Source: Octopus sinensis (Eukaryota). Taken from it: 46,919 nucleotides of DNA. Under the pieces are notes generated by a model. That model worked only from the letters and a program-made list of their open reading frames with translations, ran no database searches and was not told where the DNA came from. The stretch is from contig NW_021835173.1 in the NCBI RefSeq assembly GCF_006345805.1, positions 1 through 46,919 of the forward strand. The letters run 5' to 3'. A program made the position numbers and the translations under genes. Shown here one piece after another: positions 28,210-42,254 of this stretch; positions within the stretch are counted from its first letter, which is position 1, and each line of letters begins with the position of its first letter.

Positions 28210-28797
28210 GAATGTGCGTGCGCGTGGAGGTATATGTTGTGTATATGTATATGTGTCGGTGTGTATGTGAATTAATGTGTGTTTGTACGTGTGTATGTGT
28301 GTATTGTATATATATATGTAAATGTATGTGCGTACGTGCGTGGGAGTGAATGTATGTATGTATGTGCGTGTGTACAAATGTAGGGGTTTATATGTGTGTT
28401 TATATGTTTATATGTGTGTATATATATACATGCAAGGACACACTTCGCAACTGAAAGATTGATGGAAAAGACTCTTGCGGTGCGGGCGCATGCGAATCTA
28501 CAGGCACACACGCACACGCTCCGGCGTACGCCCGAAATAAAGCATGCGTGCATGCATGTATGTATGTGTGCGTGCGCGCGCATGCATGTGTGCGCGTGTG
28601 CATGCGAGTGTGTATGTATGTATGTGTGTGTGTATGTATGTATGTATGTATGTATATGTGAGTGTGTATGTGTGTATGTCTGTATGTATGTATGTCCGTA
28701 TGAGCATATGTAAGTATGTGTGTATGTGTATGTGTATGTGTGTCTGTGTGTGTATGTATGTGTGTTGTATGTATGTATGTATGTATGTATGTATGTA

Positions 28798-28834
<37 letters not shown>

Positions 28835-29222
28835 GTATGTGTGTAAGTGTGTGTCTGTATGTATGTATGTATGTAAGTATGTGTGTGTGTGTATGTGTGT
28901 ATGTGTGTGTGTGTATGTATGTATGTATGCATGCATGTGCGTATGTATGTGTGTGTGTATGCATGTGTGTATGTATATGTGTGTGTGTGTATGTATGTGT
29001 GTATGTATGTATGTGTGTGTGTATGTGTATGTTTGTGTGTGTATGTATGTATGTATGTATGAATGAAAGTATGAATGTATGTATGTGTGTATGTGTGTAA
29101 GTGTGTGTAAGTGTATGTATGTAGGTATGTATGTGTGCGCGCGTGCATGCATGCACGTATGTGTGTATGTATGTATACACACACACATATATATATGTAT
29201 GTGTGTGTGTGTGTGTTTGTGT
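28210..29222. repeat. Compound (TG)n/(TATG)n microsatellite
   Basis: Directly visible; source of the 405-aa spurious ORF. Confidence 0.95.
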
Positions 29223-29410
29223 TTGTCTCTCCAACATCGCTTGACAACCGATGCTGGTGTGTTTGCGTCCCCGTAACTTAGCGGTTCGGCATAAGAGACC
29301 GATAGAATAAGTGCTAGGCTTCCAAAGAATAAGTCTTGGGACGATTAGCTCGACTAAAAACTGTACTCCAGCATGGCCACAGTCAAATGACTGAAACAAG
29401 TAAAAAGAGA
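29222..29410 (+). mobile_element. SINE family B 3' half
   Basis: CATCGCTTGACAACCGATGCTGGTGTG..CAGCATGGCCACAGTCAAATGACTGAAACAAGTAAAA. Confidence 0.7.
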
Positions 29411-29469
29411 GCAAAGAGTATGTATTACAAGGCTGCTGAATACTGTAATATTTGCCTTGATTGAGTGAA

Positions 29470-29525
29470 TGATGGATTGATTGATTCATTGATTGATAGA
29501 TAAACAGACAGACAGACAGACAGAC

Positions 29526-29572
<47 letters not shown>

Positions 29573-29594
29573 TGGATAGATAGATAGATAGATA

Positions 29595-29625
<31 letters not shown>

Positions 29626-29671
29626 AGATAGATAGATAGATTGATAGATAGATAGATGATAGATAGATAGA

Positions 29672-29706
<35 letters not shown>

Positions 29707-29738
29707 AGATAAACAGACAGACAGACAGACAGACAGAC

Positions 29739-29791
<53 letters not shown>

Positions 29792-29849
29792 TGGATAGAT
29801 TGATGGATAGATTGATAGAGGGAGAGAGAGAGAAAGATTGAGAGATAGG

Positions 29850-29882
<33 letters not shown>

Positions 29883-29948
29883 TGAGAGAGAGAGAGAGAG
29901 ATGGATAGATAGATGGATAGATAGATAGATAGATAGATAGATTGATAG

Positions 29949-29982
<34 letters not shown>

Positions 29983-30042
29983 ATTGAGAGCTAGGAAGAT
30001 AGATAGATAGATAGATCAATAGATAGATAGATAGATAGAAAG
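29470..30042. repeat. (GATA)n/(GACA)n/(GATT)n/(GA)n microsatellite
   Basis: Directly visible; inverted counterpart (TATC)n at 31607-31970. Confidence 0.95.
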
Positions 30043-30319
30043 ATAGAGTCCTAGGGTCGATTTGCTCTACTAAAGGCTATGCTCCAGCATGGCCACGGTC
30101 AAATGACTGAAACATGTAAAAGAGTAAAAGAGAGTAAAGAGAAGGCTTTTATGCAGTCACGGAGAATAGGCAGAGAAATACTGACCTAAAATTGAGAGTT
30201 ATTTCCCTTGAGACATTTTTCTTACGATATTCATGCGAAATTTATCAGAAATCTCATCTACTTTTGGAGTTCGTGAACCTCTTTGTTGGATATTCCAATG
30301 TTAAACAGTTATCAATTGC

Positions 30320-30617
30320 ACTGGAGCGGCCGATAAGATTCGCTACTGTACAACAACAAAAACAACAACAACAGCAACAACAACATCATTTGTACGTATA
30401 TTATATATGTATGTATGTACGAGTATGTATATCTATGCCTATGCATGTATACGTATGAATAAGGTGGTGCTCCATCATGGCCGTAATGAAATGACTGAAA
30501 CAAATAAAAGGGTTAAAGAATATATATATACACACACGCATTTGATAAATAGTTTATAGTATGAGTATACACACACACACACACTAACACACAAACACAC
30601 ACACACACAAACACACG

Positions 30618-30656
<39 letters not shown>

Positions 30657-30811
30657 ACAACACACGCACGCACGCACACACACACACACACACAAACACA
30701 CACCAAACCCGCATACACACAAACACCGCCGCACACACACACACACACAAACACACACAAACACACACAAACACACACACACGCACGCCACCACACACAC
30801 ACACACACACG

Positions 30812-30849
<38 letters not shown>

Positions 30850-31065
30850 CACACGCACAAACACGCAGGAGAACAAATCGTAGATTGAAGATATTGATGT
30901 AAACTTTGATGCGAGACGGAGCAAATTTTTAGGGGAGGTAACAAGATATTCGCTGAAGTTACTTCCCTTGAATATAATTTGATTTAAATGTGAAAGCGTG
31001 AATTCTTATAGTTCTATGAATTTAGAGTAAGTTGACTCCTTCATAGACTGTCTTTATTACTTCTC
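30320..31065. other. Spacer (~746 bp) of the giant inverted repeat
   Basis: No self-symmetry found; contains (CAA)n, a SINE tail fragment and (CA)n. Confidence 0.8.
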
Positions 31066-31228
31066 GCAATTGATAACTGTTTAAAATTGGAATATTCAAG
31101 AAAGACGCTAACGATCTCCAAAAATAGATGAGATTTCTGATAAAACATCGCATGAATATCGTAAGAAAAAAGTCTCAAGGGAAATAACTCCCAATTTTAC
31201 TTGATTATTTCTCTTCATATTCTTCGTG

Positions 31229-31592
31229 TCTCTTTTACAATTTTACTTGTTTCAGTCATTTGACTGTGGCCGTGCTGGAGCACCGACTTTAGTCGAACAA
31301 ATTGACCTTAGGACTTATTCTTTGTAAGCCTAATACTTATTCTATCGGTCTCTTTTGCCGAACCGCTAAGTTTCGGGGACGTAAACACACCAGCATCGTT
31401 TGTCAAGCGCTGTTGGGGGGACAAACACAGACACAAAAACATATACACACACAAGCACACACACACCCTATATATATATATATATACATACATATACACG
31501 ACGGGCTTCTTTCAGTTTCCGTCCACCAAATCCACTCACAAGGCTTTGGTCGGCGCAAGGCTAAGTAGAAGACACTTGCCCAAGATGCCACG
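31229..31592 (-). mobile_element. SINE family B
   Basis: TTTTACTTGTTTCAGTCATTTGACTGTGGCC..CCAAATCCACTCACAAGGC. Confidence 0.75.
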
Positions 31593-31606
31593 CCTTCCTT
31601 CACAAA

Positions 31607-31681
<75 letters not shown>

Positions 31682-31711
31682 GGTCAATCAATCAATCAAT
31701 CAATCAATCAA

Positions 31712-31813
<102 letters not shown>

Positions 31814-31857
31814 GCTATCCATCTAGCTATCCATCTAGCTATCCATCTATCTATCCA

Positions 31858-31934
<77 letters not shown>

Positions 31935-31941
31935 TTTATCT

Positions 31942-31975
<34 letters not shown>

Positions 31976-32032
31976 CACTCAATCAAGGCAAATATCACAG
32001 TATTCGGCGGCCTTGTAATACATACTCTTTGC

Positions 32033-32486
32033 TCTCTTTTTACTTGTTTCACTCATTTGACTGTGGCCATGCTGGAGTACTGTTTTTAGTCGAGCTAATC
32101 GTCCCAGGACTTATTCTTTGGAAGTCTAGTACTTATTCTATCGGTCTCTTTTGCCGAACCGCTAAGTTACGGGGACGCAAACACACTAGCATCTTTTTTC
32201 AAACGATGTTGGAGAGACAAAACACACACACACACACACACACACACAACACACACACACACACACATACAGACACACAGACGCACACACACACACACAT
32301 ATATACATATACATATATATTGACGGGCTCCTTTCAGTTTCCGTCTACCAAATCCACTTTCAAGGCTTTGGTCGGCCCGAAGCTATAGTAGAAGACACTT
32401 GCCCAAGGTGCCACGCAGTGGGACTGAACACGGAACCATGTGGTTCGTAAGCAAGCTACTTACCACACAGCCACTCCTACGCCTAT
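32033..32486 (-). mobile_element. SINE family B, near full length (tRNA-like head, internal (CA)n)
   Basis: Head reverse complement ATAGGCGTAGGAGTGGCTGTGTGGTAAG..GTTCAGTCCC. Confidence 0.8.
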
Positions 32487-33526
32487 CTGCATAGGATATG
32501 AATATCGCCGTTGCTAATATTTAATTTTTAAATAAACCTACAAACTATCTGCTACATCAGCGATTGGAAACTCCCTGTCATTCCGTATATAGTTGGTCGT
32601 GAGATTTGTCTAGTATGCGGGGACTGGATGCTTTTCACACACTGCCTCTCCTCAAAGCCTTCTCTTTCTTGCTGTCAATGCCATATCTGTTTCTATTTTA
32701 TCTTTGCTTAGTATTGATAATATTGTTTTGCGTTGGAATCGAACGTTTGTATTAATCAAACAACCACAGTTGCTTTTCATACCAACTGATTCGTAGGTAA
32801 ATCGCAAAGCTGTCTAACTACTGACATTATTCTTTGTTTTTTGCTTTTATTTCGGATGCGCACATTGTTCAATGTTTCCATACTTAGAATTTTCTCTTTT
32901 TATACATTTTTCATTTTCCATTTCATTTATCCTGTTGTAAGGTTGAGTTTTCTCCCGTTTTGTTATTTATTTTTTTTCCAGTGCTAGGTTTATTTCCGAA
33001 ATCTCCATTTTCAATCCTTTTATTTAGTTCATGTTCCAAATAAATGTTGACTCTCTGTACTTTGTTACATTGGTGACGCACAATAATTTTTGCTAGATTG
33101 GTGACATTCCGACGATGGAATATTTCTTTTGGAAATATTCCTTTAAAAAACCTTTTATAGCATAACTCTGCTACAGAAAGTATGTTTTGGACCTATATTG
33201 ATTACATTTCGTTTCGCTTGAACTCTGTGTGTGTCCGTTTTACTGTTTTCAATATTCTTCTTTTCTTTCTTTTCTACTCTAGGCAAAAGGCCCGAAATTT
33301 TGGGGGAGTGGGGGCAATCGATTAGATTGACACCAGTACGCAACTCGTACTTAACTTATCGACCCCGAAATGATGAAAGGCAAAGTCAACGGATTTTGAA
33401 CCCAGAACGGAGCGACGAGTGAAATTTGCTGATTTCAATATTATCAATTCGATGAGTGCCTATGTGTCTTTGAGTCTGTACTGGCTTCCGCGTTCGTAAA
33501 CTATAGCAAAGGGCGTTTTACGGCGT

Positions 33527-34030
33527 AGCCATCGCCATGGTAGATGGTCAAAGTGATCCTAAATGGGAGGAAATAAAATCTAACCTTTCAATGTTGCATC
33601 TTCTGGTATTACAGCTACTATCCACAATGCGGGAAGAACTGCTCATTCCTTGTCCAAACTCCCTCTAAACATTGCAATGAAAGAATCTCAAATTTCTAAA
33701 AATTCTGCAATGGCAACAGTTCTCCAATAAACTTGCTTCATTGTTTGGGACGAGTGCATTGTCACATCGTGGAGCTCCAGAGGTACTTGACCGTACCCTC
33801 CGAGTCAGAAAAGAAAACAAACAATAACACGCTCATGGGAGGAGTAACAGTTCTTCTTGTTTCTTGCAGGAGAGTTTCGTAAAAAGTTGCCAGTTATCTC
33901 CAAACGATCAAAAACTGATGAGGTCAATGCATGCTCCAAAAAATCGTACCTTTGGAGAATTCATCTCACCAGCTACTTCAGAGTACTTCTTTAAGGTGAT
34001 CGTACGAGATTCTTAAAATTGGTAATGGGA
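33527..34030 (+). mobile_element. Degenerate Helitron PIF1-helicase fragment
   Basis: ASSGITATIHNAGRTAHSLSKLPL..IVWDEC..EVLDRTL..LMGGVTVLL..LPVISK.SKTDEVNAC.KKSYLW..ILKIGNG. Confidence 0.85.
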
Positions 34031-34111
34031 TTATTTACATGATTTGTATTATTTACATTTGAAGGATATTTTTCCTCATCTTGTTTGTATGTACACACAT
34101 ATGCATGCACA

Positions 34112-34158
<47 letters not shown>

Positions 34159-34864
34159 CACGCATATCACACACATATATACACATTAGGCATACACACA
34201 CCACGCACACAGAAATATATAGGCACACGCGCATACACTACTGGCGCATGTGCAGACACACATGCACACAAACTCACGCGTATAGACACACACATGCACG
34301 CACACACACGGAAGTACACACACACATACACACGCACGCACATACACATGCACACTAATAAATGCATACATACATGCAAAAACGCTCAAGCATGCACAGA
34401 GACACAGGAATACACACACATACAGAATACATACATACGTATGTACCTACATACATACAACCATACATACACATACATACATACATACATACATACATAC
34501 ATACATACATACATACATACATACATACATACATGCAAAAATACCCTGTTGTTGATGTTGAAATTCCAATGAAGGATCCTTGGATTTAGGTTAGAAGTTG
34601 GCCCTCTCTCTATCTGCAAAAAATCTTGAAATTAAACTGAATAATGGTATACATACATACATACGTGCATACGTTCATGCACACATGCATACATATATAC
34701 ATACGTATATCGTACATGCATGCATGCATCCATACATACATACATACATGCATAAATACATACATACATAAATACATACATGCATACTTACATACATATA
34801 TGCATGCATGCATACATACATACATCCATACATGCATAAATACATACATGCATACATACATACA

Positions 34865-34897
<33 letters not shown>

Positions 34898-34928
34898 GCA
34901 TGCATGCATACATACATACATACATACA

Positions 34929-34962
<34 letters not shown>

Positions 34963-35638
34963 CATACATACATACATACATACGTACTTACATTCATACT
35001 CAAGCACTGAAGCTCACGCGCACATTGGTGCGCAACAATGTCTCAGACAAACGCAGCTTCCATAAAAGACTAAAAATATTCATTGAACATTTTGCAACGA
35101 AAGAGCTTTGACGAAAAAATCAGTTGGATTTCTAACCAATTGACTAATAAAAAAGGACCGAATCGAGCCAGTATGTGTGTTATTACTCCTTGCATAATGT
35201 CTCTCCCTGGACACAACAAAATTTTCTATCAACACGAAATCACAAAAAGAAACTCGCAAAGCCAATGCAATAACGAAATGATAATTATCTTATAGTTTTA
35301 TTTGCGTGAATTATACGAAGGAGTGTACATGAATTAGCAACTTAAAGAAACTGTAACTCAAGGAAATTACGAAGGGAAGGAAGACATTTTGTCCACCATA
35401 TTTCTCGAAAGTTTGTCTTTTCTATTCTCTATATGTCACGGTGCATATCCGCAGATATTCCTATTGATATACCAGCATACATATATTACCATGTGTGTCT
35501 ATCTAATAATATTGTTGGAGAACTACTATGAGTGAAAGCATAGAGAAATACTATAATTTACTATCGCGGATCTGCCAGTATTCTACGAATAAAATTTTCC
35601 CCTACTTTCCAAAAGATCTTCTTGCTGTCCAAATTATA

Positions 35639-35828
35639 TCACAATGGTATTGCACGGATATCATCATTTGTTTGGGGCTAATCGAACATGGGACATACGA
35701 GGCCAGACATGTTGCCCTCTACGTCATTGGTGTTTCGTCAGGTCTTTCCAACTGAAATTTCTGTAGATGTTTGTAAAGCCAGGAAAGCTTCCGTATTGGC
35801 TATGACATTCCTGAACACATTCTTGGAC
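35639..35828 (-). pseudogene. P450 copy B exon 8 (frameshifted)
   Basis: GPRMCSG intact, then four 1-nt deletions and a short insertion near 35670-35700 relative to copy A. Confidence 0.85.
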
Positions 35829-36593
35829 CTACAAATAAATCAGTAGTTATAAATTAAGCAACATACCTATGTATGCTAAACATGTGTCATATACAAGTGA
35901 TAAAAAATTAGATAAGTCGTCATTGATTTTAGTTAGGTGTGAATATGTTCTGGCTGTTATCTTCTACACCCTTTATATAGTCGAACAGACTCCAGTCATA
36001 GACACACACCCCTGACAATAGTCAGATGTTAAAAATGGATTTCCAGAAACTACAACCATCCTGAAGGTACCCCGTGTAGTCAAGCACACGGGATTGCCTT
36101 CAAGATGACTGTTAATATAAAGGGAGGTAAATGATTCCCATAGCGCGAAGTTATAAATTTGAAATTGAAATCGAGGAATCAAGTAATTTTATTAAAATAT
36201 GTTATTAATGAATAAGATAAACAAATCGAGGCTTGCTCACAGAAATAAGGATATATCTCGGGAGAAAAAATGACCAAATATTTGTTTAGAGAATAATATT
36301 CTATGTAGCGTATTTAGTGGACCATTGATGCTTATTTTGTTGAAGTGATGAATATCAATACGCACTTAAATAAGATTTGAAGTAGATTGCTGTTTTATAG
36401 TGTCTCATTTTTACTAATGTCAAACCAACTCTGGTGATTCTACAATTCAATAATTAAATCTCCCCTTAAACATACAGTTTTAAAACAATCATTAGATAGT
36501 CTAGCTGTAGATCGAGGCAAATGTGTTGGTCACGATTGGGAACCGTTTTATTATAGATATACTAAATCATTAGAATCTATTTACAATACTTAC

Positions 36594-36795
36594 CCGAACC
36601 GAAAGGTAAAAAGCCTCATTTTTCTTTAACTCATTATTTTCATCAATCCATCTTTCAGGACGGAATTCCTCTGGTTATCCAATAGTTCGGATCAGAATGA
36701 GCTTCCAATATTAAGAATGAACGAGAGTACCTTTTGGAATATCATAACCTTGAAGAGTTGTTTGGACTTCAGCGGTGTGTGGATAGTTACAGAAG
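36594..36795 (-). pseudogene. P450 copy B exon 7 (frameshifted)
   Basis: 202 nt vs 207 nt; five 1-nt deletions. Confidence 0.85.
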
Positions 36796-37314
36796 CTGCA
36801 AAAAGAATCTTTGTAAATATTAACAGAGCCCAAATTAACGATAATCTAAATTAAATATGGTACTAGGATATCATAATAACTTTGAGTAATTATTCTGTGA
36901 CACCTTTATAGGCATTAATTAATATGGAGTGTATTGAAACAGAAATTTCGTTCCGTAACACTGTTGCTGTAAAATTGGGTATTAAATTAGTCTGTGTCGC
37001 AACGTTAGAGATCTGAGCTTATGTAACACTGGATTGACGAAATGTTGTAATGTAGCAATACAGATTAGAACTGAAAGAGAATTGATCATGTCAGGAGGAG
37101 TTGACTTTCAGGATGGTATATAACCAACAAAGTTTGAGATTATATTACAAAAGTGCTTACTAACAATAAAAACAATGTAAAGCACAAGGAAAGTATGCCA
37201 TTAACACAGGGATATAAACGTTTTGGGGCGAATATCATTGGCGTACTGATACAAGTTATACATGAATACAGGAGATATCGTTGTATTATGAAAATTGCAT
37301 GACGGCCTTCTTAC

Positions 37315-37411
37315 CAATTGTCCCAATTCTGTGAACCTCAAGAAGAGTTGCTGCAACGTATGTCATATGTGGTTTGTCTTCCATTGTAACAGGTCTGGTC
37401 TGATTGGTGAT
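37315..37411 (-). CDS. P450 copy B exon 6 (open)
   Basis: ITNQTRPVTMEDKPHMTYVAATLLEVHRIGTI. Confidence 0.85.
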
Positions 37412-37742
37412 CTGAAATAGATAAGCATTCACAAAAGACTTAATTCATACGTTGTGACTTAAATTCATATATATATATATATATATAAATAGGTAATCCA
37501 AACATGAAAATACAAAGAGAAAACACAACAACGCGAGGACGTGGGACAAGTATAGTATTATTGGACGCTCAGGAAAGAAGGAAAGAAGGAGGGTTTAACA
37601 TTTCGAGCGGAGTTCTTCGTCAGAAACAGGAAAAGGAAGATCCAAGAAGGGAAGGTGGAGGAAAAAAAATCGCCAATGGTACACACGCGGTCACAATTAT
37701 CTATATATATATATATACTATATATATATATATATATGGTAG

Positions 37743-37836
<94 letters not shown>

Positions 37837-37974
37837 GATATATAATATATTATATATATATATATATACTATATATGTATGTATATATACACACATATAT
37901 ATTTTATATACATATATATATATAAATATATATGTATATATATATATAATATATTATATATATATATATATATA

Positions 37975-38013
<39 letters not shown>

Positions 38014-38016
<3 letters not shown>

Positions 38017-38394
38017 CTTCAAGGTACATCCAAGGCTTGGGCCCCGTGCCATCCGCCCAAAACAAAAATCGCACTCTCATCTCATAACAACAATACGGCA
38101 CAATTATTTCACCTCAATTGGCCCGCTCTCTTTAACATTACACCACCACATTAAAACAGAAACTGACCCTATAGGGTTCAAGAAGTCTTTGGACAGATTC
38201 CTTCAAGAAATCCCGGATAAACCCCCTACACCCGGATATGTCTCTGTAAACAATAACTCTCTACTTGAGTGGGCCATAGTGCCCAAATTCTGACTTGAAA
38301 GACTTCGCCAGGTGGTGCTATTAATTAATTTCGGCCATTATTGGCCTGGGCCAATAATGGCCGAAACCTATCAAAGTATCAAAGTATCAAAGTA
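38014..38394 (+). mobile_element. 5'-truncated LINE 3' end (CR1/L2-group-like), arm B only, inserted in (TA)n
   Basis: HPRLGP..TIRHNYFTSIGP/ALFN/IKTETDPIGFKKSLDRFLQEIPDKPPTPGY..NNSLLEW*, an 18-bp hairpin, and a (AAAGTATC)n tail. Confidence 0.8.
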
Positions 38395-38956
38395 TATATA
38401 TATATATATCCATATATATGTGTGTGTGTGTGCGTGTGTGTGTGTGCGCACAAGCATTCATTAAACCATAACTTTTGAAGTATTATCGGACACGCTCAAT
38501 GAAAAAGTGCTTCGTTTAAAAGATGTGTTTTGTGAGGTTCATACCTGTTAATTTACCGCAGCCGCACACATTCACACGCACAGCCGCGTACACATGCACA
38601 GCCACGTACATACGCACAAAGAGAATGTACTGTTCGCTTTTATTGTAGCATCAGTAAATAGTTCTCAATCCAACTATCGTTAAATATCATTTAATGACGA
38701 CAGGTGTTGCACGTGAACTACTTGAAATTTCATACCCGATTAGTGCAATCATCGGACAGGCCTGTATCGCATATTATACATGATCCAGCGATCTGGCAAG
38801 CTCAAACGATATGGCTACTCTGTGAGTAAACGCGAGAAAAATAGCAGAGGACATTAAGAAATATTTGAAAGGAAAAGAAAGTATAAAATTACACAATTAA
38901 TCTATCTTCTCAAACTCTATTAACTATTAAAAGAGGACAAATATATAATAATTTAC

Positions 38957-39091
38957 CTGTACAATTCTTCTCGACACTTCTTCCTGTACATCCGTGTATT
39001 TGGCCATACAGACAAAGCCCAGGTAAGATGGCTAGCAGTTTGTGTCGGTTCCAGCAGAAATAATCGCAAATTGTGTGGAACAAATTCTCAT
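38957..39091 (-). pseudogene. P450 copy B exon 5 (frameshifted)
   Basis: Six 1-nt indels (4 deletions, 2 insertions) and zero substitutions vs copy A. Confidence 0.85.
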
Positions 39092-39773
39092 CTTCGATGT
39101 AGAAATGATAATTAGATTTAAAAGCATAATAATTGTGCATAATTATAGAAAATAGTGAATAAATTAATGACAATAAGGATAATAACTGTCCCAAAAAAGC
39201 ATCTTTGGTAAAATATATTTGCATCAGTTATGTTCAACTCGTTCGAGTGTAATCGGACACGTTAAGACCAATCACTGCAGAAATACCCATTTGAAAATAT
39301 TCTACACTTTCATTTGCCTAAATAAGCATTTTGTGTTGGGCTATGAGTGGCATAGATCGTTTCGGCAGCGTGGTCAACTGAGTTAGTTTTGGCAGAAGAT
39401 ATATTTCAACGATACAGAAACGCCTGCTCCCTCTTAGCCCCCAATAAAATTTGCATGTACAGGAACTGAGGTGGTGATTTTTTTACTCCTGGGACTAGTT
39501 CTGAAGCGATAGGCCTTATCACGTCCAGTTACACTCGAACATTTCAAGCATGACTGTACACGAATATACAGAAATAGAAAAATATATCAAACTATCATCA
39601 GTTAAAACTCCTTCGGCAGGTTACTTGATCTGAAACCACGTTTTAAGTGGGGATCAAACATTTTACGAAAGGGATTTAAAAAATTTACGAATGCACAAAA
39701 TCTCTTATATAATAACTTTGGGGATATTTCCTTATATTAGTGCCCGATGTTAAGTTTTTAAATGTCCGTGCTG

Positions 39774-39945
39774 CTTCGTCAGTGATAAATGTGGCAAAAA
39801 AATAAATGAGATACTTACTCATACCCATGGGTATGAGTAAGTATCTCATTTATGGGTATGTGTAAGTATCTCATTTATTTTTTTGCCACTTTTATCACTG
39901 ACGAAGGAAGGGTTCTCACGAACTAACCCTGAAATCGGTCCGATA
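39774..39945. repeat. Arm B copy of the loopless palindrome plus hammerhead motif (39893-39945, +)
   Basis: Reverse complement of 19328-19499. Confidence 0.85.
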
Positions 39946-40100
39946 TAGTAATAATGGAATTTTTTTAGAAATTTCTGTCGGCTTTTTTTCGAGTAGCGTG
40001 CGTATTATGAAAAATTATATGGTAATGGATAATATGTCCAATTTTCGGCATATTTGGCATTAGAAATTTTTTCGTTTGCCCTTATTTATAAGTTTTATAT

Positions 40101-40164
<64 letters not shown>

Positions 40165-40924
40165 CAGACACATATACATATATATATATACATATGTGGA
40201 TATATATACATAAAAATGATATATATTATATATGTATTCTATTTCCTCAATAGGAAGTACGTAGAAGCGTTTCATAATTTTTTGTTAATCAAATAATTGC
40301 ATTGTTGAATTATTCTTTTAGATCAGTATTTCTCAACGGGGATCTCAGGGGAGAGATTCAGGGAGTCGCTGGCGATGTATCGTGATGATCAAAAATCCGG
40401 CCTGCTAAAATTTGGTTAAAGTGATTCAAACTGCAGACTCAACGCAAAATGGTCACGTTTAATTCAAAGCGTTATAAATATTATGAAAACAATTGGCATG
40501 TGTTCACAAAGTCCAAACGATTAATACGAAAAAACCATCCAGGCTACATCCCGAAAATTTATTTCTTGATTTTTAAAATTTTTCATGCAATTTACGCATG
40601 CTTGCACGCGTGGTGAACACAGTTCATGTCAAACAGCTGACTGAGTAAAGTTCACTATTAAATGCATGGGATAAGGCCTAAACAAACACATTATCGATTT
40701 TTGCACTTGCGAAATGAATTTCGGAACAGAAATAGCGCAGTTCAATTTTCATTCGCCTAAACTTTAAGTGACCCATTTTTGGTGGTTCTATGATTTGTTC
40801 GCTATGAGGAGATGTGCCGGGAAGTTAAACACACAGACACACAAGTTGAGTTTTATATATATAAATATATATTTCAAAAATGAATAGAAATAGCTTTTCT
40901 CATAATTTTCCCAAGTTAATTGAA

Positions 40925-40977
<53 letters not shown>

Positions 40978-41084
40978 TAAGTAATTAAGGGTTTAGCAAC
41001 GATTTGCCTCACCACACACCGAGTTTAGAAATAGCAGTCAAAGAGTTATAGCTATTCTTTCTACTAAAAGGGAGATCTCAGTAA

Positions 41085-41198
<114 letters not shown>

Positions 41199-41461
41199 GT
41201 GTGTGTGTGTGTGTGTGTGTCTGTCTGTCTGTCTGTGCGTGTCTGTGTGTGTGTGCATATAAAGAAAGCATGTTTGGGAAAGGGAAAATTATATGGATTA
41301 TCTATTATAGAATATTGTTTCTTCAAAATGATTTATAATATACCCTTTATATCTTTTATATTTTATTTTATGATTAAAATAATTCTTTTTGTTGTTAATT
41401 TCTTTTATTGACATCATTGAAGAATTATAAGAATATAATTAACAGCTCATACAAAACTCAC

Positions 41462-41618
41462 CAGTTAACGTTTCACTGTTTGGTTCCTTCTCAAGCGTCA
41501 GCAAATACATATCAATGAAATCTCTTATGTTTTCAGCATTAAACGTTTCTTTATGTTCTATGATTTTATATTTTACGTAACTTCGGACCTTCTCCTGCTT
41601 CCTTATAACCTTTTCTAT
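41462..41618 (-). CDS. P450 copy B exon 4 (identical to copy A)
   Basis: 0 of 157 differences. Confidence 0.9.
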
Positions 41619-41948
41619 CTATAACAAGACAGTCAACAACAATAACAGTAACGTATTTGCCGAATTAAATGTTTTACAATATAACATTTTTTATCAAATA
41701 ACACTTAATTCTATGTTTATATCTAGTTGGAGCTGACTTTCTTATTGAGTCAATAAAAATAAACACATTTATTCACCAATCTAACCACTATAAACCAGTT
41801 GGTAATAAAATTCTTTATTTCCAAACTACGAACTCCATATAAATTGCACACGGAATTACATTTAATTGTAAGATGAATTATTTATCTTGCATGGAATTGT
41901 TTTGAAGTAGGGAGTTATATATTCATATGTACACACACGCACACACAC

Positions 41949-42027
<79 letters not shown>

Positions 42028-42074
42028 CCCAGTGTCACTTTGATGGCATGCACTGCTCTCTCACTCAATAGTAA

Positions 42075-42250
42075 TAATGATGATGATAATTCTTTCTGAC
42101 TTCAATATGCTTAACTGGAATACCAGTGAAATAATGAAACTTGGTAGAAAATTCCGCAAGCTACTGACTTGTAATAAGATGCACCATCCAAAGGCAGTAG
42201 TGGATCGACTTTACCTTCCCAGAGCTCAGGGAGGACGAGGTTTGATCCAG
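42075..42250 (+). mobile_element. R4/Dong-like LINE fragment (arm B copy)
   Basis: KMHHPKAVVDRLYLPRAQGGRGLIQ. Confidence 0.65.
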
Positions 42251-42254
42251 ATAA

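Noticed and set aside
30100-30120. GAAACATGTA with palindromic ACATGT
   Set aside because: A variant of the SINE family B tail (GAAACAAGTA); no hammerhead core.
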